64,000 nt of DNA from an uncultured candidatus Porisulfidus sp. (lineage in GTDB: Bacteria > Pseudomonadota > Gammaproteobacteria > Poriferisulfidales > Oxydemutatoraceae). Shown here piece by piece: positions 1-10,313 of the stretch. The notes beneath the pieces were generated by a model. It was not told the DNA's origin. It saw only the letters and a program-made list of their open reading frames with translations, and searched no databases. The DNA lies in the NCBI GenBank assembly GCA_965215125.1, contig OZ244052.1, positions 1,728,001-1,792,000 of the forward strand. The letters run 5' to 3'. Made by a program: the position numbers and the translations under genes. The first letter of the stretch is position 1; every line of letters begins with the position of its first letter.

Positions 1-2946
1 TTACCCGACGAGAATGTGCCTACGACCTTGACGGTAGTGGTCATCGATGCCGACCCTACGACTTATCATTTTGTTATACGCAGAACGGTTCCCGATGAAG
101 CAATTACGCTCGATATTACCACCCCTGATTCCGGTTCCTCAGTGCATGAAGGAGATCCTATTACTGCGCAAGTCGGTGACGGTAATAGTTTCTATTACTA
201 TGCTTTGTTCCAAGACGAAGTTGAGCTGATGCGAGGGGAAAGCACTGCGTCCGTTTTGAGTTTTCGCATCCCCGAAGATTTGGATTTTGAAGCCGATGCA
301 ACGACACGGAAGATTGTGTATACCGTATCGGTCGATAACGGTTCTAACAAAGTAGATAAAAATATTGAATTGATAGTTGCTAAGCGCAATAACGGCGAGC
401 CTCAGCTGGATTTGAATATAATAGGCAGTCAATTCGGCATAAACCCTATTGTGGATGATCCGGACGGTGTCGGCAGATTTACTTATCGATGGCAGAGACG
501 AGACGAGGGTGATAGTGATTGGATAGATGTTTCCGATAACTATAGCTATACCGCACCGGTTGACGGTCCTAATACGATACGCTATCGCGTGATTATCAAC
601 CATGTTGACGGTCAAGAATATAGTGAAACATATAGTATAGGTCCGTTTCCTTACCTCTCGGACGCGGACAATGACCCCGACGATGACCCCGACAAATTGA
701 TAGATATTTATTATTTGGAAGATTTGAATGCAATACGCTATGGGTTGGACGGTAGCGATTATAGTGTCAATCACCCGAGTAATATCAACGTATATAGAAA
801 TTTTACGGGTTGTTCGGATGGTTGCATCGGCTACGAGTTGTTGAGAGACTTAGATTTTAATACCACCCAAAGCTATATAGATGCAGCCACCGCGCGAGAC
901 CAATGGACGGTTGATGATTTTAGCAATGCTTCGGATACCGGTTGGTTAGCTATAGGGTCGGTCGACAACCCGTTTGATAGTACCTTCGACGGCAACAATT
1001 ACAAGATTTCCAATTTACAAATAAATAGGGATACGGTGAACGATGCCGATATTGCGTTGTTTGCGGCAGTTTCGGGAAATGCGAGTATAAAGCATGTTGG
1101 TTTGTCGGATGTTGCGATTGAAGGTAGAGGCGATACGAGTAGCTTGGTTGCCGAGAATAAGGGTGCCGTCGTTAATAGCTACGCATACGGACGGGTTATC
1201 GGTGGGCAGGATAACTTGGGCGGATTAGTTGCGATTAACGACCGCGATACTTCTACGACCGCAACGATTGTGAATAGCTATGCGAATGTCATAGCGACAT
1301 CTGCCGATGTGCTATCGGCAGGTGGTTTGGTCGGCAGCAACAGGAGTGTGATTAGAAATAGCTATGCGGTGGCTAATGTGAACGGTCCTTGTAATGTAGG
1401 TGGCTTGGTCGGTGAAAATAAAAGCAAGGCAAACGGGAGAGGACAAATCATCAATAGTTATGCCGCAGGAGATGTAGGCAGTATGGGAAATTGTATCGTC
1501 GATAGTGTGCAACACAGATTGGGTGGTTTGACGGCATACAACGAGGGATTGATAAAAAATAGTTATGCGTACGGAAGTGTCTCGGGTTATGACGGCAGTG
1601 TCGTGGGCGGTTTGGTTGCCGCATCTATGGATGTAGACGGTGCACTTCCTGCCGAAGTGGAGTCTAGTTATTGGGACAGTAATGCGAGTGAGCGGACGCG
1701 TTCTGCGGGGGGCACCTCTAAGACTACCGTCCAGTTGCAAATGCCGACTGCCGCAACCGGTATCTATGCGGATTGGAATACTGCTGATTGGGATTTCGGT
1801 ACTTCGGTGCAGTATCCGATAGTAAAATACACCTCGGCGACCGACATTTTTGCCGAGCCGGTGTGCGCTACCGACGCCGATAACGCACTGCCACCGTGCG
1901 GCACTATCGTGCCTAATCAACGTATTGGTCTGCAAAGCCTGACTTTGTCGATAGAAAGTCGTAGTACTCCGTTGATGCCGCCGTTTAACCCTGCAATCAC
2001 TAGCTATAGAATAGCGGGCATTGTAAACGCGATCAACCATACCACGATAAGTGCGACGGCACTGGAAAGCACTAGTCGGATAAGAATAAAAAGTAGTAGT
2101 CTTGAGGACGACATAGAGACAAATGCGGTTGAGCCGACTAGCGATGTGATTCCACTGGAGGAAGGTGGCACGACGACGATTACGATCATCGTGACCACCG
2201 AAGACAGTGAAATCGAACGAGCATATACCGTTGCGATAGAACGCTTACCGAGTTCGGATGCCGGTTTGGCGGAATTGGAGATAGCGGGCGAGCGCGGCAA
2301 TATAAAATTAACCCCTGAATTTTCCACAACCGAAACCGAATATACCGGGGAGGTTCAAGGTGACGTAGAAGTTTGGATAAACACGACGGCGACGCATAGC
2401 AAAGCGACGATCCAAATCGCAAAGGTGGGAAGCCAACCTATCCCTTCGATGCGTGGTCAAGCACGCAAACGGATTGAATTAGATCGGGCAACGACGACAA
2501 CCGTTATGATAACGGTGACCGCCCAAGACCGAGTAAAAGACGAAATATATACCGTTAAGCTAAGGCGATTAAAGAGTTCCGACGCAAACTTGAGAAGTTT
2601 GGAGATCGTAGGAATCGATGGTAGAAAATTTGAGCTGACCCGCATATCGGCAATAAAATATAGTGCCGAGGTTAAAAGTGATCAGAGCATCAGCATACAT
2701 GCCGCTGCACACCCCAGAGCGATGATTGAAGTCATAAAAGATAGAAATTCGGTTGCCGGCAAAAAATTGATGCAAGGGAGAATAGAAAGCGATCCGATTG
2801 AATTAAATCAAGATACGACTACGACCATCGTAGTGCGGGTGATATCCGAAGCCGGAAATCGGCAAGACACCACCCTAGTCATATCACACATAATAGATGC
2901 CATCCGCATTCGCGTCAAAGTGTTTTTGGAAGGCATCCTGCAATAG
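1..2946 (+). CDS. Large secreted/surface protein (5'-partial) with GLUG-type repeats and about three cadherin-like beta-sandwich domains
   Basis: Frame is open from base 1. Repeated GGLVGxN...NSYAxGxV motifs (GLUG/beta-helix type), then repeated 'LxPxFxxxxTxY...TTTxxIxVTAED...YTVxxxR' cadherin-like units. Ends IRIRVKVFLEGILQ. Confidence 0.75.
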   Translation, partial: LPDENVPTTLTVVVIDADPTTYHFVIRRTVPDEAITLDITTPDSGSSVHEGDPITAQVGDGNSFYYYALFQDEVELMRGESTASVLSFRIPEDLDFEADATTRKIVYTVSVDNGSNKVDKNIELIVAKRNNGEPQLDLNIIGSQFGINPIVDDPDGVGRFTYRWQRRDEGDSDWIDVSDNYSYTAPVDGPNTIRYRVIINHVDGQEYSETYSIGPFPYLSDADNDPDDDPDKLIDIYYLEDLNAIRYGLDGSDYSVNHPSNINVYRNFTGCSDGCIGYELLRDLDFNTTQSYIDAATARDQWTVDDFSNASDTGWLAIGSVDNPFDSTFDGNNYKISNLQINRDTVNDADIALFAAVSGNASIKHVGLSDVAIEGRGDTSSLVAENKGAVVNSYAYGRVIGGQDNLGGLVAINDRDTSTTATIVNSYANVIATSADVLSAGGLVGSNRSVIRNSYAVANVNGPCNVGGLVGENKSKANGRGQIINSYAAGDVGSMGNCIVDSVQHRLGGLTAYNEGLIKNSYAYGSVSGYDGSVVGGLVAASMDVDGALPAEVESSYWDSNASERTRSAGGTSKTTVQLQMPTAATGIYADWNTADWDFGTSVQYPIVKYTSATDIFAEPVCATDADNALPPCGTIVPNQRIGLQSLTLSIESRSTPLMPPFNPAITSYRIAGIVNAINHTTISATALESTSRIRIKSSSLEDDIETNAVEPTSDVIPLEEGGTTTITIIVTTEDSEIERAYTVAIERLPSSDAGLAELEIAGERGNIKLTPEFSTTETEYTGEVQGDVEVWINTTATHSKATIQIAKVGSQPIPSMRGQARKRIELDRATTTTVMITVTAQDRVKDEIYTVKLRRLKSSDANLRSLEIVGIDGRKFELTRISAIKYSAEVKSDQSISIHAAAHPRAMIEVIKDRNSVAGKKLMQGRIESDPIELNQDTTTTIVVRVISEAGNRQDTTLVISHIIDAIRIRVKVFLEGILQ

Positions 2947-3004
2947 CAGCTATTCACCATTAACTAAGCACCCTACGTAGTCGGGCTAGTTGTGTGTAAT
3001 CCCG

Positions 3005-3598
3005 TCATAGCGGATTGATGACGGCGATTACACCGATGACAGGGTGGTCTATATAGTATAGTTTTTCATCCGTCATAATTCTTTCTAGATGTATAGGGAT
3101 GGAAAAAGTTTGTGGTGTATCCACGAACTGAGGGGTTTCGTTGAAATTGGGATCGTATTGGAAATCTAATATCAGTTTGAAATAACGCTCAAAACTCATC
3201 CAAGCAGTACCTTTTAGTAATCCGTTTTGAGGTTCGTTTAAGATATTGATGTAGGGTGTTTGGGCGCGGTGTAAAGGCGGTTGCCGCCACCCACCGTGAT
3301 AGAGTAATTGATAGCGGCTATCCAGCCTGATTTTTTGCGCTTCGTCGGTTAATCTCAACTGACTCTCGGTGGCCGCCTGTATATCGTCGTAAACATCGGT
3401 TCGAGATAGGTCCAAGGCTGCGCGTTCTGCATGCCGTCTTGTCTGCACATGGCTTAGATCTTTGAGTTTGTCTATTGCGATATTTGCTTCTATTTGCTTG
3501 AAGACGATAATCTCTGCTTGGTATAGTTCGGCGGTGTCCTGTGCACTTGCATGGGTACAGCATATTAGAAGCGATACCGATAAAAATAGAATTTTCAT
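3005..3598 (-). CDS. csiV: CsiV-family peptidoglycan-binding protein
   Basis: Signal peptide; YQAEIIVF, LLYHGGWRQP and YYIDHPVIG motifs; immediately downstream of mfd as in other Gammaproteobacteria. Confidence 0.75.
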   Translation of the reverse strand: MKILFLSVSLLICCTHASAQDTAELYQAEIIVFKQIEANIAIDKLKDLSHVQTRRHAERAALDLSRTDVYDDIQAATESQLRLTDEAQKIRLDSRYQLLYHGGWRQPPLHRAQTPYINILNEPQNGLLKGTAWMSFERYFKLILDFQYDPNFNETPQFVDTPQTFSIPIHLERIMTDEKLYYIDHPVIGVIAVINPL

Positions 3599-6500
3599 CT
3601 AAGCCACCTCCTTTAGCGATAATAGTTTAATAAAATCTTTTATTTTTGATTCTCGCACGGCAACGGTTTCCATACTATCGTCGTTCTCGTTTATGATCAG
3701 TTTTTGATTGCCCATAAAGCGATATTTCTGAGGTTCTTTTTTTACCATTTCAATCAGTTTATCCAGATCAAGTTTGGGTCGTTCTTCAAAGTGTATATTC
3801 AATTCGGATTCGTCGGCTCTTAATTTTCGTATACCTATATTGTGGCATATTATTCTAATCGCTGCATTGATATATAGATTTTTCGTGTAATCCGGTAGTG
3901 CGCCGAAGCGATCTATCATTTCTACTTTGAGTTCTGCTAGGTTCTCTTCGTCGCTCGCTGCAGCGATACGACGGTAAAGCACTAGGCGTAGATTGACATC
4001 CGGAATGTAATCCGGCGGGATCAGTGCGGGTTCGCCCAGGTTGATTTCGGCTACCGTATCGAGCGGTCTATCGGGGTCGGGAAGTTGCCCCGATTTGAGC
4101 GTTTCTACGGCGCGTCGTAATAGCTTGTTATACATCGCAAAGCCGACTTTTTGTATATGTCCGCTCTGTTCCTCGCCCAACAATTCTCCCGCACCTCTTA
4201 TTTCCAAGTCGTGGCTTGCGATAGTGAAACCGATGCTTAAATCTTCCAAAGACTCTATTACCTCGAGTCGTTTTGCTGCGTCGTCGGTGATTTCCGAGCG
4301 CGTCGGAATGAGTAGATACGCGTAAGCGGCGTGGTGTGATCTCCCGACGCGTCCGCGGAGTTGGTGCAGTTGTGCCAACCCCAAGTGGTCGGCACGATTG
4401 ATAATTATCGTGTTCGCATTCGGTATGTCTATACCGCTTTCTATAATCGTCGTGCAGACGAGGATGTGATGATTGTGGTTGTAAAAATCCATCATCGTCC
4501 GTTCCAAGTCTTTTTCGTTCATCTGCCCGTGTGCCACTGCGATTTTTGCATCGGGGAGTAGCGATCTTAAAGCTTCTGCGGTATCGTCTATGGTTCGCAC
4601 TTCGTTGTGTAGGAAGAAGATTTGCCCGCCGCGGCGGAGTTCTCGATTGCAGGCTTCGCAGATTAGGGCATCGTCCCATTGTGTCACAAAGGTTTTGATC
4701 GCTCGGCGTCCGGGGGGCGGTGTTGCGATGATGGACAAAGACCTAAGCCCGCCGAGGCTCATGCCGAGCGTGCGCGGTATCGGTGTAGCAGTCAACGTTA
4801 ATACATCCGCCGATGTACGTATGGATTTTATCTGTTCCTTGTCTTTGACACCGAAGCAATGTTCTTCGTCTATTACGATGAGTCCTAAACTCTTGAAGTC
4901 GGGCGGCGTGCGTAGTAGGGTGTGCGTGCCGATGACGATATCTACATCGCCTTTTTGTATTGCGCTCAAGGTTTGTTTTTTTTGTTTATCGGCAACGAAG
5001 CGCGACAACATCTCTATACGTACCGGCCATTTTGCAAAACGCTCTCTGAATGCCTCGAAGTGCTGTATCGCAAGCAGTGTGGTCGGCACCAATACGGCAA
5101 CTTGTTTGTGGTTGTGTACTGCAACAAACGCAGCGCGTATTGCAACTTCGGTTTTGCCGAAACCCACATCACCGCAGACGATTCGGTCCATGGGTTTATC
5201 GCTGTTCATATCTTGTAGCACATCGTCTATTGCGCTTTTTTGATCGGGTGTTTCCCTATAAGGGAAGGTGGCGGCGAAAGCATGGTAGTCCGAGTGGTTT
5301 ATTTCAAAGCATATATTGGGGGAGGCGTTGCGGCGTGCTTGTATATCCAGCAGTTCGGCTGCAACATCGTGTGCCTTGATTGCCGCTTTGCGTTTTGCGG
5401 TATTCCATGCTCGACCGTTGAGATTATCCAGTTTGATATGTTGTGAAGGATTACCGGTGTAACGGCTCAGTAGATGCAGTGCGATGACCGGGACATAAAG
5501 TTTGTCTTTGTCGGCGTATTCAAGTACGCAAAACTCCGATAGATAACCACCTACTTCCATCGTCTTTATGCCTACGAAACGACCTACACCGTAGTCTTGA
5601 TGTACGGTTGCACTACCGATTTCCAAATCTCCTATGCTTTGTATCAATGCAGCAACATTACGCGCTTGCTTTGATTGTGTCCCGGTACTTGTAGGTTTGG
5701 TGACGATATCTTGATAACCGAGTAGTGCGATTTTCGGTTCCTCAAGTATAACGCTTTGATGTAGGTCGGCGCAACAAATGCAAAGTTTCGCAGAACTTTT
5801 GAGAAATGTTTGCCAATTTTCTATTACTTTAGGGTGTATACGATGGGGTGCGAGTATTTCGGAAAGTTGTTCCGAATAGCCCTGTGTGGGTGCATGGAGT
5901 AGGATGCGTCCGTTGTAAGTGCGTATAAAATCCTTCAGCTTGGCGGCGGGTGATTTCTGTTGAGGATCTAATGCAACGGGTGGTGCCAAGCGAGTCTTGA
6001 AATTACGGATACCGTGTTGCCGGGAATCTGCATGATACTTAAAGGTTTGGGTTTCGATATTGTCGAAGTGTTTTAGGCATTGCGCTAGTTCGCCGCTATT
6101 TAGGTAGAGCAGACCGGGGTTTAGCAGGGCGCGCGCTTCGGCATGGGCGAGCAATCGGTATCTCTCTTCTATATACTCCAGATGTTTTGCCGCAGTCTCA
6201 AGGACTTCTCTCGCATAGATGCAAACCGTGTCGGGACCGAGGTAATCGAACAGCGTGGCTGTTGTGTCGTGAAAAAACGGCAGGTAGTACTCTATGCCTG
6301 CCGGGATGATGCGCTCGCTGATGCTCGAATAAACGAAGCATTGATCCGGTTGTATGCTGAAGTGCGAGCGGAATTTGTATCTGAACGATTTTATGGTCTG
6401 CTTGTCTATTAAGAATTCTCGCGCCGGTAACAACATCGTAGAGTTTATTTTTTCTATCGTTTGTTGGGAGTCCGAATTAAACGATCGTAAAGTATCTATT

Positions 6501-7060
6501 TGATCGTCCCATAGATCTATGCGCGTAGGATAATCGGACGACGGAGAATAAAAATCTATGATCGAACCGCGTATCGCATATTCTCCGTACCGTTGTACTT
6601 GCGAGACCGAGGTATAACCCAGAGTGAATAACCGCGAGCGAAAATCCTCTATATCGAGTTGATCGCCTATAGAAATCTTGACGCTGTTGTTTTCGACAAA
6701 GCTACGCGGCGGTAGACGCTGCAACAAAGTCGGTATCGCTACGATACAAATGCGGCTATTTTTAGCGGGTAGTTGCGATAGTATGCCGAGACGCTCGGCG
6801 AGGATATTCTCGTCGGGAGAAAATTGATCGTAGACCAGAGTCTCGTAATTCGGAAACAGCAGTAATGTGTCGTCCGTGCCTAAAAAAAATTGCAGTTGAT
6901 CGTATAGACGGCCGGCAGTCGTAGTATCGGTACAAACGAGCAGTAGCGGGCGTTTGTACCGATGGTAGAAGTTCGCGGTTTGATAGGCGAAGCTACATCC
7001 TAATAATTCTCCCCAGCGCAGCAGTGTGTGTTCTTGTTCGGATGGTTGTGTGGACGGCAT
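3599..7060 (-). CDS. mfd: Transcription-repair coupling factor Mfd
   Basis: UvrB-like N-terminus, CarD/RID domain, GDVGFGKT Walker A, DEEH, QLRGRVGR, TRG motif DLEIRGAGELLG. ATG at 7060 preferred over TTG at 7072. Confidence 0.97.
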   Translation of the reverse strand: MPSTQPSEQEHTLLRWGELLGCSFAYQTANFYHRYKRPLLLVCTDTTTAGRLYDQLQFFLGTDDTLLLFPNYETLVYDQFSPDENILAERLGILSQLPAKNSRICIVAIPTLLQRLPPRSFVENNSVKISIGDQLDIEDFRSRLFTLGYTSVSQVQRYGEYAIRGSIIDFYSPSSDYPTRIDLWDDQIDTLRSFNSDSQQTIEKINSTMLLPAREFLIDKQTIKSFRYKFRSHFSIQPDQCFVYSSISERIIPAGIEYYLPFFHDTTATLFDYLGPDTVCIYAREVLETAAKHLEYIEERYRLLAHAEARALLNPGLLYLNSGELAQCLKHFDNIETQTFKYHADSRQHGIRNFKTRLAPPVALDPQQKSPAAKLKDFIRTYNGRILLHAPTQGYSEQLSEILAPHRIHPKVIENWQTFLKSSAKLCICCADLHQSVILEEPKIALLGYQDIVTKPTSTGTQSKQARNVAALIQSIGDLEIGSATVHQDYGVGRFVGIKTMEVGGYLSEFCVLEYADKDKLYVPVIALHLLSRYTGNPSQHIKLDNLNGRAWNTAKRKAAIKAHDVAAELLDIQARRNASPNICFEINHSDYHAFAATFPYRETPDQKSAIDDVLQDMNSDKPMDRIVCGDVGFGKTEVAIRAAFVAVHNHKQVAVLVPTTLLAIQHFEAFRERFAKWPVRIEMLSRFVADKQKKQTLSAIQKGDVDIVIGTHTLLRTPPDFKSLGLIVIDEEHCFGVKDKEQIKSIRTSADVLTLTATPIPRTLGMSLGGLRSLSIIATPPPGRRAIKTFVTQWDDALICEACNRELRRGGQIFFLHNEVRTIDDTAEALRSLLPDAKIAVAHGQMNEKDLERTMMDFYNHNHHILVCTTIIESGIDIPNANTIIINRADHLGLAQLHQLRGRVGRSHHAAYAYLLIPTRSEITDDAAKRLEVIESLEDLSIGFTIASHDLEIRGAGELLGEEQSGHIQKVGFAMYNKLLRRAVETLKSGQLPDPDRPLDTVAEINLGEPALIPPDYIPDVNLRLVLYRRIAAASDEENLAELKVEMIDRFGALPDYTKNLYINAAIRIICHNIGIRKLRADESELNIHFEERPKLDLDKLIEMVKKEPQKYRFMGNQKLIINENDDSMETVAVRESKIKDFIKLLSLKEVA

Positions 7061-7078
7061 GGCTAGAGTCAATCACAG

Positions 7079-7174
7079 TTTGGTTTTGGTTTCCATAGAT
7101 CCAATTAATGAATATATAAAATAGTGCAGACCCGCTGCAACCACCCCGTCAGGCCGCGCCTGCCACCCCTCCAC
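7079..7174 (+). repeat. Dispersed intergenic repeat, modules A+D (TTTGGTTTTGGTTTCCATA...CCACCCCGTCAGGC..CGCCTGCCACCCCTCC)
   Basis: Similar copies at 31366-31465 (-) and 45987-46086 (+). Confidence 0.85.
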
Positions 7175-7194
7175 AAATTAAAGCAAAAATATTA

Positions 7195-8484
7195 TCAAGC
7201 GAACATATCGTGGACGATATTCTCGAACCAGCTATAAGCGTATTGAACTTCTCTTTCTCTCGCAAAGTCGGTTGCATCCATAGGCGTTAGCCCGCCGGCT
7301 ATTTTTTCTATGTTGCTTTTGTCTTCGGAGAGCTTATACACTGCGGCTACCGAAATACCGTAATCCGGTGCAACGATACTATAGCAAGTATTGACATAAG
7401 AAGGTACGTCCATCGGTTTTTCTTGGAGGCTCGCGACAACCGCCGTCGCACAGATCTTGGCCTCGGAGTTTGCGGCATAACCCGATTTAGGCAATCCTGT
7501 CGCAATGCTTGCATCACCGACGATATAAATGTCTTTTTGCATGGTTGATTCAAAAGTGTCTAAATGTATCGGGCACCAACCCGAGTCATCTGCGACACCG
7601 CTATTTTGAGCAATCCGACCTGCTTTTTGAGGAGGAATAAGATTGATCACATCGCCCGTGAAGTCGTCAAATTCGGTAGAGACCGTCATCTTTGCGGTGT
7701 CAACCGCAACGACACCTCTGCTACCCGTATCCGCCCCCGAAACCCATTCAATCATACCTTCGTAGCGTTCTTCCCAAGCCTGCATGAAAAGTTCTTGTTT
7801 GGAGAATTTGTCTTTGGCATCGATAACCATAATTTTTGATTTGGGTTTGTTATTTTTTAGATAGTGGGCTATTTGGCAGGCGCGCTCGTAAGGACCCGGC
7901 GGGCACCGGAAAGGATTACCCGGCGGCGCGATGATGACCACACCGCCGTCCTGCATCGCTTCAAGTTGTTGCCTCAATAGCATGGTTTGTTCGCCTGCTT
8001 TGTATGCGTGTGGCATTACTTCGCTTGCCGCTTCGGTATAACCGTCTACGGCACCCCATTGAAAATCTATGCCGGGCGACAGCACCAGCTTGTTGTAAGG
8101 TAGCTTGGCACCGCTTGCGGTAGTGATTACTTTTTTCTCGGGATCCACCGTATCCGCCATTTCGTTAATCACTTTGATGCCGCGTGCCTTTAAGCCTTCG
8201 TAGCCGAATTGTAGAGTGGCTAGATCGCGTTCGCCGCCGATAACTTCGTTGCTCATAAAACAGGTGTAATAATTCGGGTTTGCCTCTATCAGTGTGACAT
8301 TAATAGATTCATCCATCATTTTGATGTATTTGGCGACGATCGCGCCACCTGCGCCCCCACCGATAACCGCAACTTCGTGCGAGGTACCCAAAGCCAGTTG
8401 AGGGAAACCCAATACCGCAGCCCCGCCGGCAACGGTACCGCAAGCACTTAGTTTGATAAAATCTCTTCTGTTGATGTTCGACAT
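7195..8484 (-). CDS. fccB: Flavocytochrome c sulfide dehydrogenase, flavoprotein subunit (FccB/SoxF type)
   Basis: Tat signal [11 protein letters not shown] preceded by AAGGAG; GGGAGG Rossmann motif; YYTC (covalent FAD Cys); [10 protein letters not shown] and NTCYS redox cysteines. Confidence 0.93.
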   Translation of the reverse strand: MSNINRRDFIKLSACGTVAGGAAVLGFPQLALGTSHEVAVIGGGAGGAIVAKYIKMMDESINVTLIEANPNYYTCFMSNEVIGGERDLATLQFGYEGLKARGIKVINEMADTVDPEKKVITTASGAKLPYNKLVLSPGIDFQWGAVDGYTEAASEVMPHAYKAGEQTMLLRQQLEAMQDGGVVIIAPPGNPFRCPPGPYERACQIAHYLKNNKPKSKIMVIDAKDKFSKQELFMQAWEERYEGMIEWVSGADTGSRGVVAVDTAKMTVSTEFDDFTGDVINLIPPQKAGRIAQNSGVADDSGWCPIHLDTFESTMQKDIYIVGDASIATGLPKSGYAANSEAKICATAVVASLQEKPMDVPSYVNTCYSIVAPDYGISVAAVYKLSEDKSNIEKIAGGLTPMDATDFAREREVQYAYSWFENIVHDMFA

Positions 8485-8512
8485 TTCACTATCTCCTTGA
8501 TAATTGTTGGGC

Positions 8513-9184
8513 TTAGTTGCGCACGCTGGCGTAGTACTGCAACAAGTTGTATATGCTCTCTTCGCCGTGTGCTTCAAGCATTTCCGTGAGTTTGGTATTC
8601 ATTTTCTTGGGCATCTTGCGACGGTCGTTTATATAATCTTCCATAGTGTATTTCAGATAAGGCATCCATTGTCCCGCCAATAGACCGACATCGTCGGCGG
8701 TCGAAAGACCGCCATCTTCATGACATTTACCGCAATACTCCTCGTGCAGTTCCTCACCTATAGCGACTTTTGATTTATCGTAATCTTGTTCAACGGCTAC
8801 GACCTCGGAGCCGTCTAATATACTTGCCATCGTAATAATCTCTTCGAGTGTATAGCCCGATGCGATACGAGACATAATCGTGCTAAAGCGAGGGTATGCT
8901 TCTACATACTCGTACGCCTCGTCTTGATACAATATGTCAAGCGCATCCTCCAAGCCTGCTTCGTCGCCGGTATATTTATACGCGAGCATAGTACCTATAA
9001 AATAGTTTTGGGTTATCCCGGCGAGAGACGGAATTGCCGGGCCTCGGCTGACACCGTTCTCCCCGTGGCATGACACGCAAGTATTCAGTAGCATTTGCGC
9101 GGATGCCATCTGTGCTTGAGCAACCGTCGTTACTCCGAATAGCAAAGCTAAAGCAAAGAATAGCAAATTAAGTTTTTTGATCAT
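8513..9184 (-). CDS. fccA: Flavocytochrome c sulfide dehydrogenase, diheme cytochrome c subunit
   Basis: Sec signal; CVSCH and CGKCH heme sites; STIMxRIA and RxMPKKM motifs; directly upstream of fccB. Confidence 0.9.
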   Translation of the reverse strand: MIKKLNLLFFALALLFGVTTVAQAQMASAQMLLNTCVSCHGENGVSRGPAIPSLAGITQNYFIGTMLAYKYTGDEAGLEDALDILYQDEAYEYVEAYPRFSTIMSRIASGYTLEEIITMASILDGSEVVAVEQDYDKSKVAIGEELHEEYCGKCHEDGGLSTADDVGLLAGQWMPYLKYTMEDYINDRRKMPKKMNTKLTEMLEAHGEESIYNLLQYYASVRN

Positions 9185-9231
9185 TTTGAAAGCCTCGTTC
9201 TTGTTAAAAAATCAGTCATTAAGTTTAAGGT

Positions 9232-9260
9232 ATCATACAGCGATTGGTGGTTTTGTGCAA
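9232..9260 (-). promoter_or_regulatory. Putative sigma70 promoter for fccAB
   Basis: TTGCAC-17 bp-TATGAT on the minus strand, about 48 bp upstream of the fccA start. Confidence 0.55.
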
Positions 9261-9269
9261 GTGGCGGTT

Positions 9270-10313
9270 TTATTCGACAGCAATCGCTGATTTCATTTTC
9301 GCCTTGAACTCCTTGTTGAGGACTTGAAATATTACTTCGTTTCCAGCTGTGTTGAAATGATAATCTCCTTTGTTGTAATATTTCTCTTCGGTTTTTTCCA
9401 ATCCCAGTTTCTTTTTTAGGCGGAAAAAGGTGGGAAAAGCATTTATAAATGCAAAGCATTTTTGTTCACAAAATTCTTCCCATATTTCAACATAGGCATT
9501 GTCTTTATTACCATATTTTAAATGTTTTGGTCGAGGGAACACACCGACCGAAAGTTTTATTCCATGTTTGTTTAATAGCTTATAAAGTTCTTCCATTTTT
9601 GATAGACTTCTTTCAATTGCTCCGCTTGATCTATAATATTGATATTCTCTCTCATACTGGAGTGGTGTCTTTATATTTTGATTAAGGCAGTCCGGGTGAT
9701 ATGCAGTTCGATCTGTACAAATATCATTTATAATAATTTCATTATATGTTGAATATACTATTTTTCTCGTATATCTAAAATAATTATGTAGAAGGAAACT
9801 AAGTTTACTACGCTCAAATCTATTAACTCTATAATCGTCTAAGAAATCGTTATAGTCGATAAAAACAACTACATGGTTTGTCTCAAGTCCTTTGCCAAGA
9901 TAATAAGAAATTTTTTGTAAATATCTGGTTGGCGAATAACTTACAACCCCTAGGTTTCCGACATCTATATCGGGGTGAGCGAGGTCGTACATTCCGACAA
10001 AAGTATCTTTGTAGGGTGCAAGTTCTCCTTGTGTAAAACTGTCTCCGATAAATACGACATCAAACGATAACGAAGAGCGGTTTAAGTTATCACAATGAGT
10101 CCTAAAAGCGTTTTTATCGGTGCACATTTCTCCTCCGAAATCGTCTACATGAATGTACGATGGTTTCAGTGTATGGTGGAAATCGGGGTGAGATATTGCA
10201 TAATCTTGTTGTCGGACCGGCAGAGGATTTATTCGAGTATATAAAAAGTCCACGAGTAGAAACAGGATCACTAAAATAACTACATTGTAGGTGAGTATCT
10301 TAATCCATTTCAT
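9270..10313 (-). CDS. Membrane-anchored SGNH/GDSL hydrolase-family protein
   Basis: N-terminal TM helix; IGDSFTQG, NLGVVSYS, ND and DYHFN catalytic blocks; AT-rich. Confidence 0.8.
   Translation of the reverse strand: MKWIKILTYNVVILVILFLLVDFLYTRINPLPVRQQDYAISHPDFHHTLKPSYIHVDDFGGEMCTDKNAFRTHCDNLNRSSLSFDVVFIGDSFTQGELAPYKDTFVGMYDLAHPDIDVGNLGVVSYSPTRYLQKISYYLGKGLETNHVVVFIDYNDFLDDYRVNRFERSKLSFLLHNYFRYTRKIVYSTYNEIIINDICTDRTAYHPDCLNQNIKTPLQYEREYQYYRSSGAIERSLSKMEELYKLLNKHGIKLSVGVFPRPKHLKYGNKDNAYVEIWEEFCEQKCFAFINAFPTFFRLKKKLGLEKTEEKYYNKGDYHFNTAGNEVIFQVLNKEFKAKMKSAIAVE

Noticed and set aside
139-2775. Long antisense/overlapping ORFs here and within mfd, carAB, ccmF and the ALS-like gene
   Set aside because: They are shadow frames of well-supported genes and have no motifs of their own.
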